IMG/VR virus record: IMGVR_UViG_3300046740_000859
DNA from: an uncultured virus (IMG/VR IMGVR_UViG_3300046740_000859)
Lineage: Duplodnaviria > Heunggongvirae > Uroviricota > Caudoviricetes
DNA: 64,000 bases
Direction: 5' to 3' (one strand)
The position numbers were made by a program, and so were the translations under genes. Shown here one piece after another: positions 49,275-59,327 of this stretch. Below the pieces are notes generated by a model, which made no database searches, was not told the origin of the DNA, and was given only the letters and a program-made list of their open reading frames with translations. How positions within the stretch are numbered: the first letter of the stretch is position 1; each line of letters starts with the position of its first letter.

Positions 49275-52200
49275 TCACGACACACCGATGCCGCAGTTGT
49301 CCGGTCCGCACGGCATGAGCATCGTCGCCACTCCGTCTCGAAACCAGCAGTGGTCGCAGTACTCGTTGCCGTACACGTCGCAGGCGAAAGGGAACGGATG
49401 ATCGTGCCCCTCCGGGCAATGTTGATGCGTGAACAAGATCCGACCGGTAGCCTCCATCAGCGCTTCGAGCTCGTGAAAAAACTCACGCGCCGGAGTCGGT
49501 TCGAGCGGCGGCACGAACGGCGCCAGCGGGAGTCTCATCGCCTCCTCGGGCGTCATCGTCTCGAACTTGCGGTAGGGGCCGTGCACGAAGATCGTCCTCG
49601 GCGTGTTTCGGATGTCTTCGCAGTGATCGCAGACGCAGCCGAGCGGATGGCTGTTGTCGATTCGCATGGTGCCTATTCCCACGGTAGCTTTACACGCTTC
49701 GCCCGCTCCCGCTGCTCCGCCTGCCGCTGCGGGCTCAGCTTCGAGAACAGGTTCTCCGTCTTCTCGTCGGGTGCGGCACGCTTCCGGAGATCGGCCGCCC
49801 TCCAAATCTCGGCGATCTTCTCGCGTTGCTTCTCCGAAAACTCGAGCGTGTCGTCGAACTGGCGTCGCACATTCTTGATGAACTCCTTCTCCCACTCCGA
49901 GAAGTAGACGCCGCCGCGTTGGATCGGTACGTCGACGAGCTCTTCGAGATCGGCAAGCTGTTTCGCCGTGGCGGTGTCCTTGCGGAGCTCGAGAATGGTT
50001 GGGCAGTCGTTGCTCACGAGAGCACCTTCGGTTTGGCGTGGGGGCAATCCGGCGAGTGCCCGAACGCCCACGACGTGGTGAAGCGCCACTTCGCGTGCTT
50101 CAGACAGGTGTGAAGGCAACCGCGCTTGTCATGCAGCGTGACGTGTGCGAGCTCGTCTTTGCCATCGATTTGGCGGCAATAGTAACAGCGAAGAGATTCT
50201 GTCATGGACCGTCTAGCTCCTTGCGCTTCTCATCCGACTCGGTCGACTTTCTTTCGACCAGCATCCCCAGCAAGAAGGCCCCCATCGCCCCGATGAACGC
50301 TTGCCCGAGGCCATCCCAGTGCCCGTAGATCCATCCTGAGAGGAGACCGCCGAACGTGAAGGCAATCGCAAAGAGCCACTCCGTCACAGTCTCCCCTCAA
50401 GAAGCGCCTGTTCGAGCGGCGTCATGTCCCACTTCGCTTCGACGACGAAGAACCCGCCGCCCAACGGCTTAAGCAAGAAGGGATCTGGATCCGGTGGAAT
50501 GGGTTGCCACTTCGGCTCCCACAAGAGATAGCGCTCTCTCAAGCACTTTGGACGATGGGCAGGCGGGATCTGAGGCGCGAGAGCGAATACGTTCTCCACT
50601 ATCGAGTGCCCGTTATTCTTGCGCCAGGCTCGATCTGTGAGTTCGGCCGGCAGTAGAGACACGGCCACGCGCGCGTGCGGTTCCGCGCGCCAGTGGTCGT
50701 TTGAATCGACGAACAGCAATTTTGAACTATCGAATCGCATGCTCACGCGCTCTGCGTCGGCGCGGACAATCGCGAGCCGAGGAAGCTGCGTGTTCGGGTC
50801 GAGTCCTGCGTTGCGGAACGCAGACGGGAGACTGATGACCTGCTCGCCTCGCGCCAGAGCGCAGTACGCCTTGTGGAGCGCGATGTCCTCCTGATCTTTT
50901 CGATCTGGTCGTCGCACACGACGCCGAAGCTGCCCCTCACCGGCGAAGCGCGATTCCTTGTCCTCGCGCACACGTTGCCCGTACTCGAGCGCTTTCTTGC
51001 GCGCTTCCCACGTGCCCATTTTGATAGGTTGGATGTTCATGGTTCTGCTCCTAACACTTTCAGCAACTCGACTAGCAGCTCACACTCTCGGTTCGTCCAC
51101 GGGTGATCGCTCTTCTCGTCACGTAGATCTAACGCAATCTTCTGCGCGCGAGCTACAACGCCAAGCGCTTGCGTGGCCTCTCGAGTAACCCTCGCGGCGT
51201 TGCGCTTGCTCACTGATGCCTCCGGCCAGACGAGCTTCCCGTCACTCGCTCGCGCATCTCGTCAACTACGAATCCGGTCGGATCGATCAAAAAACCGAGG
51301 ACTTTTTTCAGCGCATCGGGCGCGTCGCTCTCGTTGAGATCACGTCGGAGCTGAGCTCGCTGGTTAGCTTCGACATGGAACACGATGGCGCTCGCGCACG
51401 CCTTCTCGTAACGCCTTTCTCGGCGTGCCGCGCTCCTCGCTTTTCGGACTCGCTTCGCGCGACTCATGAAGATTTCCTCTCTCCGTGAGCCGGCAGATCC
51501 ACGATCACCAACGGGAAGAGCTGCCTCTCCGCCACGCGCGGCCACTGCGCGCAGGCGTACTCGAACGCTTCCCGAGTCTCGTGGTGAGAGAAGCCCTGCA
51601 CGTAGAAGCCAGAGTTCGATGCGCCGCGCGAATCGCCGGAGCGATCCCACCAGAAGAACGCGAGCCACAGTGGATCTCCGCCGGCCGTCCAGTGCACGCG
51701 GCCGTCTGGATCGTCGGGGACCTTGCGGTTCTTGAGCAGCCTGCTGTCGAGCAGACCCTCATCCCATGGAAAGCCCGGCACGTCCCGTTGTGGGTCGTAG
51801 AGAATGCGACTCGTATCGCGCAGGAAGTGGCCGAAGCGATCGTAACACCCGAAGTAGAGAGCGCGTTTGGTGGAGGCGACGGAGTACGTCATGGATCTTC
51901 TCTTGGGTCCGGCAGAAAGTTCCTCGTCACGGGACACTTCGCCGCTACAGCACGCGCTCGATGAAACTGAACCCCGCACGACTTGCTTCCAGCGCGGTGC
52001 CCAGCGCACGGAGCCATCGGCAGCGCCCCACACGTCGAGCATGAGTAGGACATCACGCGCACGACGTACTGCGTGAAAGTTTCGCGGTTCTTCGTGAGTC
52101 GTCGCTGCATCTCCAGCGAGGGCTCGAAGATGAGAGCGGGCTCCAACCACGCCAACGCGCTCGCGCTCACGGGTGCTCCTCCGGCGCCACGCTGTAGACG

Positions 52201-52415
52201 CCTCGGTACCGTTCAATCGCCGCGTTCGCCTCGTCCACGCTGATGAATGCCGGTACGGCCGCGAAGCACGACACGGCGAACTTGTCCGGGTCACCGTGAC
52301 GTTCGCGCATCTCCGCGCGCGTTGTGCAACCTGCGTCGCAGCACTTCGACGTGTCGTCGGTTCGCGTGTCGACGTACTCAAGTTCCTCGTAGATTCGCGG
52401 CCAGCTCATCACCAT
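49275..52415 (-). CDS. Block of about 10 small accessory hypothetical ORFs (incl. 50384-51040, 51464-51892)
   Basis: Overlapping minus-strand ORFs downstream of the recombinase; several CxxC motifs. Confidence 0.5.
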
Positions 52416-53596
52416 CTCCTGTGTCGACGCCTGCGTCCGCGTCTGCGCATCGCCGCCTTCGTCTTCACTGCCGTCTTCGTTGTCTCCGTCTTCACCGGCG
52501 GCACCGGAACCGATTGAGGTATCAGGCGCGCGCTCAGCCCCTTTGTTGGGTTGTTCACGAACAACGTCGCGTCGTCCATGTACCCACGCGCTATCTTCTC
52601 ACTCGTCCATTTTCCTTGGCGCATGATTTCGCGCTCTCCGGCTCCGGCTTGAGCCATCCCGGTCGCAACGCCTCGACGCAAACTGTGGCTTCCAAAGCGC
52701 CGCGCTGTGGCAGCACACGAAGCGCACGCTTCGATCTCTCGCATCGTTTTGTGGCCGTGTTCTGCGTTGGCGACGAGGCGCTTCACCCGTCTCGAGACGG
52801 TGCGTTCGCTCATCGGAAAAATCAGATCGTTCGGCTCGAACTTTTTGGCAGCGAAGTACGCCATGAGCGCACGCACAGGACAGACGGACACAACGTCTTG
52901 TGCGACGGCTGCTACGTCGTCGCCTTCGCCTTGCTGGTCCGTCTTGCTGCGAGGCAAGTGAACCATCAGTCCGTTTGGGTTTCGATCGTCGTCGATCGGG
53001 TTGTCCTGCACCACCCGAACAAGCCGCACATCTTCACGTCGGATCGCGACCAGGCTCGCGCTTCTCAGGGCGCAGAACCACCCGACTGTGAGCAGCGCTC
53101 GGTCCCGTAGATTTTCGATGCGCTCGCACGCGACGGCTAGCTCCGCGAGCCCGAGCGGCGCTCGCTTCACGCGCCCCAAACCCATCCCTTTCCGGATCCC
53201 CTTGAGGGTCTCTCGAACGCTGGGGGCGCCACGCGGGAAGTCGTAGCCAGAGGCGCGGTGGTAATGCGTCCCTGCGGACAGGAACTGTTCGAGCGTCGAG
53301 ATTCGACACCCCTCGGAAGCGAGGTGTCCAGCGTACATTTCGACGATCTCGGGGGACGTTGGCAGCGTCGGAACCCCATTGGCCGCCCCCCACGCCCGGA
53401 AACGCGCCCAGGCACCCGCGTAAGCCTTCTCCGTCTTCTCGGCCCTCGTGTGGCGCCGAAACGCCCTCGCCCGACTAAGGCCGGCCGCCAGCACGGTGGA
53501 AGGCGCTTTCACGAGCGCTCCGGCGTCGGCAGCGATGACTTCGCCTTCGACCTCGATCGGCAGATCCTCTTCTTTTCCAGTATTGGCGGAAGTCAT
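52409..53596 (-). CDS. Cre-like tyrosine recombinase
   Basis: LRDRALL..ALRS (R), RSKTDQ (K), HSLRRG (HxxR), QGKW (W), RGY (Y); N-terminal SAM-like domain; Arg-rich tail. Confidence 0.92.
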   Translation of the reverse strand: MTSANTGKEEDLPIEVEGEVIAADAGALVKAPSTVLAAGLSRARAFRRHTRAEKTEKAYAGAWARFRAWGAANGVPTLPTSPEIVEMYAGHLASEGCRISTLEQFLSAGTHYHRASGYDFPRGAPSVRETLKGIRKGMGLGRVKRAPLGLAELAVACERIENLRDRALLTVGWFCALRSASLVAIRREDVRLVRVVQDNPIDDDRNPNGLMVHLPRSKTDQQGEGDDVAAVAQDVVSVCPVRALMAYFAAKKFEPNDLIFPMSERTVSRRVKRLVANAEHGHKTMREIEACASCAATARRFGSHSLRRGVATGMAQAGAGEREIMRQGKWTSEKIARGYMDDATLFVNNPTKGLSARLIPQSVPVPPVKTETTKTAVKTKAAMRRRGRRRRHRRW

Positions 53597-53602
53597 CGCA
53601 GA

Positions 53603-53631
53603 TTGTCGAATACGAAACCCATATCTGACAA
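53603..53631. promoter_or_regulatory. Imperfect inverted repeat, candidate recombinase (lox/dif-like) site
   Basis: TTGTCGAATA-CGAAACCCA-TATCTGACAA, AT-rich, 6 nt upstream of the recombinase ATG. Confidence 0.4.
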
Positions 53632-53804
53632 ACATACACGCTTGCCACGAGACTCGCCAGAGGCTTCGATCGCCTTCGCCCGCAGTCGTTCGCGCGCACA
53701 CCCCCCAGGCTCTTCACGAGGTTCCAACAGGGGCCGCAAGGGGCCCCCGCAAGGTTCTTCGCAAGGACGTCGCCTAGACGCGTTTCGGTGGGGTACCCTC
53801 AGGC

Positions 53805-55289
53805 ATGGCCGATCAGATCGTTCTCGCGTGGACCGTCAACGTCGCAAACACCCCTCTCGGGCCCGTTCAAGCCGCCGCGAGGCTCGCGGCCGTGCCTCTC
53901 TACACGGATCCGACGACCGACCCGGTTCTCGGTCAAAACTTCGGTCTCACCGTCGCGAGCGACGCGACGACAAACGACGCGACGTCGGCGACGCGTACGC
54001 TGACGCTCAACATGACCGCCGCGAACACCCCCAAAGCACCGCCGCCCTTTCCTTGCCACCCGATCACCTCGACGCCTCCCGTGCTCCCGTACCCGCTTCG
54101 CAGAGCGGTGACGCTTCCTGGTTCGTTCTTCCCGCAGCAGGGACTCATGAACGTGCCGACGACGATGAGCCAGATCCCGTCGCTCTCGATCGGCGACAGT
54201 GTTCAGTTCCTCTCGCAAGAAGGCGTCTTCTACAGCGTCGCATCGGTGGGGCCTACGTCGTTCAACTTGAGCGCGGCGTACACAGGGACAACGAAGAATA
54301 CCGGAGCGTTCAAGGAGGTCGCAGATCCGGCGTCGCTAGCACGTATCGCTGTCTACTCGACCTCGGATCTCGACACGAACGGTGTTGCAATCAATCCGGC
54401 AATCCCGGCCGGAAGCGGCGCGCACACTGTGACGCTGATCTACAACGACTCGACCGGAGCCGGGCCATTCACGACGCAGGCGAGTCTCACCGGTCGACGT
54501 CCAGCCGCTTTCTCGTCGCCAGATGCGCAGGGCATAGACGTTGCGGAGATCGTGCAACTTATCATTCCAGACGTTGGCGCTTTCGGTAACAGCGTCGGAC
54601 AGATCACGCTCGTCGAACTCTCTGAAGATCTGCCGGCGATCCCGTCGAACGCGACGGCGACCGACTACACGCGTCTCACCGACGAGGCGCAGATGTTGAT
54701 CGAGAACACACTCGCGTACCTGCCCCCGTCGTACTTCTCGCTCGCACAGCAAAGTTTGACCATGCCCCAGCTCTTGGGAGACTTCATGCTCACGACTGGT
54801 TCGACGAGCGTACCCACGACGGAAGATCAGACCGGATCCTTGTCGCAAGGCAGCGTCATTCAGTTCGCCGAGCAGATGACGCTCGACACAGCGTTCGGAA
54901 CGCTTCCGGTGTACTACACCGTTGCCCATGTGACGCCGAAGTACATCACGCTCACGTCGCCGTTTACCGGGATCGACAACACGAACACCGGTACCAATCA
55001 AGAAGGCACGAACAGCAACGCGAGCGTAAAGGGCAACCTCGGTGCCGAGATCCTCAAGAAGCCTTCGGGCGCGTTCTGCGTCGCGCTAGCACAGCCGCCG
55101 AGCAGCGCTCAGTTGAGCGCGCCGATCGGGCAGTTCTTAGAGCCCGAAACAGCTCATCCGCCTTTGAACCCGCCACTGGATCCGCAGACTGTGCCGGCGC
55201 CGACGTTCCTGAGCGGGCTCTACACGCGGACGCTGTCGCTCGCGATGGCGGGCGTGCCGATCACGTCGGCACCGATCACATTCATCTGA
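53805..55289 (+). CDS. Thr/Pro-rich putative virion protein with internal repeat
   Basis: VPTTMSQIPSLSIGDSVQF..YSVASV and VPTTEDQTGSLSQGSVIQF..YTVAHV. Confidence 0.6.
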   Translation: MADQIVLAWTVNVANTPLGPVQAAARLAAVPLYTDPTTDPVLGQNFGLTVASDATTNDATSATRTLTLNMTAANTPKAPPPFPCHPITSTPPVLPYPLRRAVTLPGSFFPQQGLMNVPTTMSQIPSLSIGDSVQFLSQEGVFYSVASVGPTSFNLSAAYTGTTKNTGAFKEVADPASLARIAVYSTSDLDTNGVAINPAIPAGSGAHTVTLIYNDSTGAGPFTTQASLTGRRPAAFSSPDAQGIDVAEIVQLIIPDVGAFGNSVGQITLVELSEDLPAIPSNATATDYTRLTDEAQMLIENTLAYLPPSYFSLAQQSLTMPQLLGDFMLTTGSTSVPTTEDQTGSLSQGSVIQFAEQMTLDTAFGTLPVYYTVAHVTPKYITLTSPFTGIDNTNTGTNQEGTNSNASVKGNLGAEILKKPSGAFCVALAQPPSSAQLSAPIGQFLEPETAHPPLNPPLDPQTVPAPTFLSGLYTRTLSLAMAGVPITSAPITFI

Positions 55290-55303
55290 AAGGACGGAAG
55301 ACA

Positions 55304-55624
55304 ATGCGTATCAGCGGTCAACGTAGAGGAGAAGCGTACCCGGAACCCCGACACGCTTCAGGATCGACTATTCAGAGCGCCGCCGTCACGGTGACGTTCA
55401 ACATGGTGAACGGGCTTCAGCGATTCGACGCTGTTGCTGTGCCGGGTTTGCCCGCCGACGCGGAGCCGTGGACGTCACTAGACGGCGAGACGATTCCAGG
55501 GAGTGAAGTCGCCGGAGTGTGCGGCTGCTGGAACCTCGGAGACGGGACGGTGACCTTGCTCGCGATCTACAACGGCGCCACAACTTCAGTCACTGTTCCA
55601 ATTCGTATTTTCTGGGCCACCTGA
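55304..55624 (+). CDS. Small beta-rich protein with N-terminal YP motif
   Basis: MRISGQRRGEAYPE nearly identical to start of 32551 ORF. Confidence 0.65.
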   Translation: MRISGQRRGEAYPEPRHASGSTIQSAAVTVTFNMVNGLQRFDAVAVPGLPADAEPWTSLDGETIPGSEVAGVCGCWNLGDGTVTLLAIYNGATTSVTVPIRIFWAT

Positions 55625-55635
55625 AGGAAGTATCG

Positions 55636-55773
55636 ATGTTCGCCATAATCCTGATCTGCGTTGCGCTCATCGTTTTGTCCGCCGGAAGCCCCAAGCCGTA
55701 CGGCTGGGTGTGCCTCGGGCTCTCCGTGCTCGCGCTTCTCGCCGAAGTGCTCAAGTGGACCCCGTTGAGGTGA
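55636..55773 (+). CDS. 45-aa two-TM protein (holin-like?)
   Basis: AAGGA SD; two hydrophobic helices. Confidence 0.45.
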   Translation: MFAIILICVALIVLSAGSPKPYGWVCLGLSVLALLAEVLKWTPLR

Positions 55774-55778
55774 AAAGC

Positions 55779-55810
55779 GAAACGGCCCGGGATCGCCGAG
55801 CCGTTTCTTT
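55779..55810 (+). terminator. Intrinsic (probably bidirectional) terminator
   Basis: GAAACGGCCCGG / CCGAGCCGTTTC stem, A-rich before and TTT after, between convergent units. Confidence 0.65.
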
Positions 55811-55871
55811 GGGGGCCGACAGACGGTGAATCTGTCGGGCACCTCCACCATCCTCCATTGCCCTGGAGGAG

Positions 55872-56211
55872 TGGAGCCGCCGGAGAACGACTCCGGGTCC
55901 GCGAGCTCTCTGGTCGAATCATCGTCCACGTGCGTGGTCGCCATATCCCCAGCGACTGAGTTCGCGCGTTCGGGCGCGACCTAGCTTCGACTTCTCCTCG
56001 GCAGCGCTATCCGAAGCGCTCTCGTGCTGCCCAGCTCTCGTGTTGCGCCCGTTCGGTTACTAGAACTATCTCACCGGCGGACGGCTACGCGGTTTTTCAG
56101 GCCGCGATGCGGGATGCGTTATCGTTCGCAACTACGTGTGCCCGTTTTAGAGGCCGGGCGCCTCTGCACGCTGACTCGTCCTTCCTTCCCACGTCGAATC
56201 AATTCGGCCCC
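55872..56211 (-). ncRNA. ssrA: tmRNA (about 340 nt), tag peptide ANDNASRIAA
   Basis: 5' GGGGCCGAATTGATTCGAC; 3' CCGGA-loop-TCCGG-CGGCTCCA; acceptor stem with G3.U; pk1 AGAGG/CCTCT plus GCCCG/CGGGC; tag frame 56129-56097. Confidence 0.9.
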
Positions 56212-56223
56212 GTGAGTCTTGAA

Positions 56224-56252
56224 ATAGTAAATCTACTGCGCTCGATACGCAA
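56224..56252 (-). promoter_or_regulatory. Sigma70-like promoter of tmRNA
   Basis: TTGCGT-N17-TACTAT, 12 nt upstream of the mature 5' end. Confidence 0.6.
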
Positions 56253-57150
56253 GTCGGGTTACACCGGCGGTTGCACACTTCTTCGACCGACTGTGCATAT
56301 GAAACGGTTTTCCTGTCTTCTCGGCGTGGACAACCAATGCACCGCAACGCCAGCACGGTGCGAGGTAACCTCGGTACGGTTTCTTTCCGGGGCAGCGATC
56401 AGCAAACTTCTTCATGCCGAACCTTTCCCACGATCAACGAACCCCCTTCTTCATCCTCAGCGCAGCCAGCTCCCGCCCAAGCTTCTGAACGATCTCCTTC
56501 TGCGCCTTGTTCGTCGACTCGAGACTCCGCGTGTACCGGAGCAGCACCATCACGAACACGGACTCGACTTTCCCTTCCTTCTTCTCGATCTCGTCGACCA
56601 TCCGTTCGATGTCGCCGGTCGATGACAGCGTCTTCTTCGGGCGGTATCCGCGCCGCTGCTTCGGGATCGCAAGCTCCTCGGGGCGGGCGGAGCGGACCGT
56701 GGTGGGCGCTTCCTCTTCGTCCTCGGTGTTCATGCTGAAGTTTCGTCGGGCTCTATCGGCGTCGTAGCGACGGAAAGCGACATGAGCGCTCGCTCGACTC
56801 GCCTGATGGCTTCGAGCGGTGAATTCGCTTGAACCTCGACTTCGATCCAACTGTTAGGGGTCGCCGTGCGGTTGGGATGTTCCTTCGAGACGAAGCAGGG
56901 GATCTGAACGTAGAAGGTCATGGTCTAGACCTCTTCTTTCCTTGACGAGCGCCGACCAATTCTCCGAGCGTCGCAATCGTCGGACGCTCCTCACGATGCC
57001 GTGGGCAACGGTCCTGTGGGTCTAGGTTTTTTCGCTCCAACGCCTCCCATCCGATGCCGTGTTCGGGGCGCGGTGCGTTGCAGACGTAGCAGCACCGGAT
57101 AGATGCGCACACTGGGCGCGGCGGCGGGACGACGTCTTGTGCTGCCTTTC

Positions 57151-57993
57151 TCACGGCTTCATCCACGGCTGCGGGAACAGCCCCGGCCAGCGCGCCACGC
57201 ACAGCTTCTTCCACTTCCGCGCGAGGCGCAGGTACTCGAGATCGGCCGCCTCGTTGTCGCGCTCCTTGAACATCTTCGCGAGCGCGATCGGATTTGTAGT
57301 CCACACGAACGACGTCTCGCAGGCGTGAGAGAGGTACGGGCTAGCGCTCTCGAAGATGCGCTTGCGGGCCATCCCGATCGGGCCCGCACCGGCGTGATCG
57401 CGCTTGTACACCGCCTCGCACCGCGCGATGTAACTGATGTACTCGGCATAGTTGCGCCCCATCGCGCTACCGAAAAGAGCCAGCTCTTCGGGGTTGTCGA
57501 GGATCGCCGGATGCGCGACGTAGCACCCCGAATGCTCGACGTACCTCGTCGACTCTTGCGATGGTGAGCCCTCTTCGGTCCGGTCGGCGCCGACGTAGTG
57601 GCGGATGAGCTCGTGAGAGACGCGACGCGAAACGCCCGCGATGAAGAACGTCATCTTCGCGTGGTACATGATGCTCGCGTGCGGGACGTCGCCCTGCTGC
57701 GTGTTCGCGATGTACTCCGCGTTCGACTTGCGACCCGCCTTGAGGCCGAAGGAGTTGTAACACTTGCGGCCTGCGAGCTCGACGAGGAGCTCGTTGTCCG
57801 ATACATCGACGGTCGAGATGTCGTAAGGAAATAGCGACTGGTACGCCGCCGGGTGACCTGCTTGATATTCATCCGGCATGCACTTCGGATTCCGTGAACG
57901 CACCCATTCGGCCATTTCGTCGACGCCGGTGGCGCTCAGGCTCATCTCCGCAAGAATGGAGACGACAGGTTCTTCTTTCAAGATCTTGATCAT
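57151..57993 (-). CDS. thyX: Flavin-dependent thymidylate synthase
   Basis: AGRKCYNS, HASIMYH, SRRVSHELIRH, SQESTRYV; start reassigned to MIKIL. Confidence 0.85.
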   Translation of the reverse strand: MIKILKEEPVVSILAEMSLSATGVDEMAEWVRSRNPKCMPDEYQAGHPAAYQSLFPYDISTVDVSDNELLVELAGRKCYNSFGLKAGRKSNAEYIANTQQGDVPHASIMYHAKMTFFIAGVSRRVSHELIRHYVGADRTEEGSPSQESTRYVEHSGCYVAHPAILDNPEELALFGSAMGRNYAEYISYIARCEAVYKRDHAGAGPIGMARKRIFESASPYLSHACETSFVWTTNPIALAKMFKERDNEAADLEYLRLARKWKKLCVARWPGLFPQPWMKP

Positions 57994-58376
57994 GTTTTCT
58001 TCCTTCTTCTTTCTCTGAATCTGTTCCGCCGAAACGTTCTCGTGCTCCGTCAACTTCCGTCCGATGTCGCGCGCCGCGAACCAACTCGCCGCCATGTGGC
58101 AGCAGATCTCCGTCGGGCCGCTCCGAATCAGCCACCACGGCTCGCCCATGATGGCGGGGCCCGGGACGACGTTGCCGGTCTCTTCTTCTTTGGCGCCCAT
58201 TTAGCCCTTCCCCGTAAGCAATCGGGCCGCGTTATGGGCTTCTTCGTGAGCGGCGCAAATCGGGAGCGCGATACTTGCGTACTGTCCTTTTTCAATGATC
58301 AACGGTCCCGCGATGTAGGTCCGCGCGCTCTTTCGGCAACCGATGACGCAGCAACGCCGTTTCTTATTTGCGCGTT

Positions 58377-58754
58377 TCATCGGATCCTCACCAACCACGC
58401 CCCGCCGTCGATCGTCACGTTCTCCATGTCCGCCGTGCCGCGACCGCCGGGGAACGCGACGGTGCCGTCGGGCTCGAAGCCGGAGAACATGCGACGGTTG
58501 CGCTTGGGGCCCGCCGACTTTCCCTCGACGTTCCAGAGCGCTGGAAACCGCGCACAGGGTACCCCTCGCTCCGCTGCCCACGCTTTGGCGAGACTGTCTG
58601 CGCCGGTGGCCTCGCCTTGCGCGATCTCGCATGGGCGGAGCTCGTCGAGGACCGCGAAGACACGCTCACGGTCGGCGTAGTCGCGTCCGCCGCAGACGAT
58701 GAGGCGAACGCCCTTCGGCGCGTCCTCGAGCTTCAGGATGAGGCCGGGGGTCAC
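58377..58754 (-). CDS. SLOG-family YspA-like protein (DUF2493)
   Basis: VCGGRDY, GEATGADSLA, AGPKRNRRM, FPGGRGTADM. Confidence 0.85.
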   Translation of the reverse strand: MTPGLILKLEDAPKGVRLIVCGGRDYADRERVFAVLDELRPCEIAQGEATGADSLAKAWAAERGVPCARFPALWNVEGKSAGPKRNRRMFSGFEPDGTVAFPGGRGTADMENVTIDGGAWLVRIR

Positions 58755-59327
58755 TTGGGCGCCTTTATAGCTTCCAGGATCCCCAACTCTTCGAGAAGCC
58801 CCACGAGCACCTCTTGATGCTCGAAACAGTCTTTGAGGTGAGGCCCAGCCGCCGCCAACATCACGATCGCAGCGTCGATCGCTTCGGCCTGCGTGATTTT
58901 GAACGCCACCGTGTGCCGAGGCCCGACTTCGACATAGGCGCCGCGTTCGTTGTCGAAGTTTTCCGGTTGCTCCACGCCTCGCGCCACGACGTACCCCTGC
59001 CCTCCCTTGATGATCAGTTCGACTCGATCATCGGAAGAGGTGCGTTTCGGCACACGGGTCCTTTTTACTCGACGAGGCATAGCTCCTCCGGATCGATTCT
59101 TGGAAGATACGGGGTGAGGATGTCCGCTACTCGACGCGCGAGAAACTGCGTCGGGTTCGCCGGCACCTTCTCTCTAGGCAACGTCTCCTCGAACAAAATC
59201 CGCGCGCGATTCTCGACGAGTAGGATCTTGTAGCCACGAACAACACGCATATCCTGCGTGCCATCAGCCTTCTTTCCGTAGTCCTCCAAGGAACAGAAGC
59301 CGTCGATCCGCAGTTCTAGGATCTTGT

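Noticed and set aside
31624..55624. Diversity-generating retroelement or shufflon acting on fibre genes
   Set aside because: No reverse transcriptase or TR/VR pair seen; shared leaders are conserved as peptide with synonymous changes, and all genes have their own starts in one orientation
55811..55850. Full tRNA-Ala gene
   Set aside because: Only 40 nt; no D-arm or anticodon arm
55567..55944. 125-aa minus-strand ORF and other ORFs over 55.9-56.2 kb
   Set aside because: They overlap the tmRNA and terminator, which explain the sequence better
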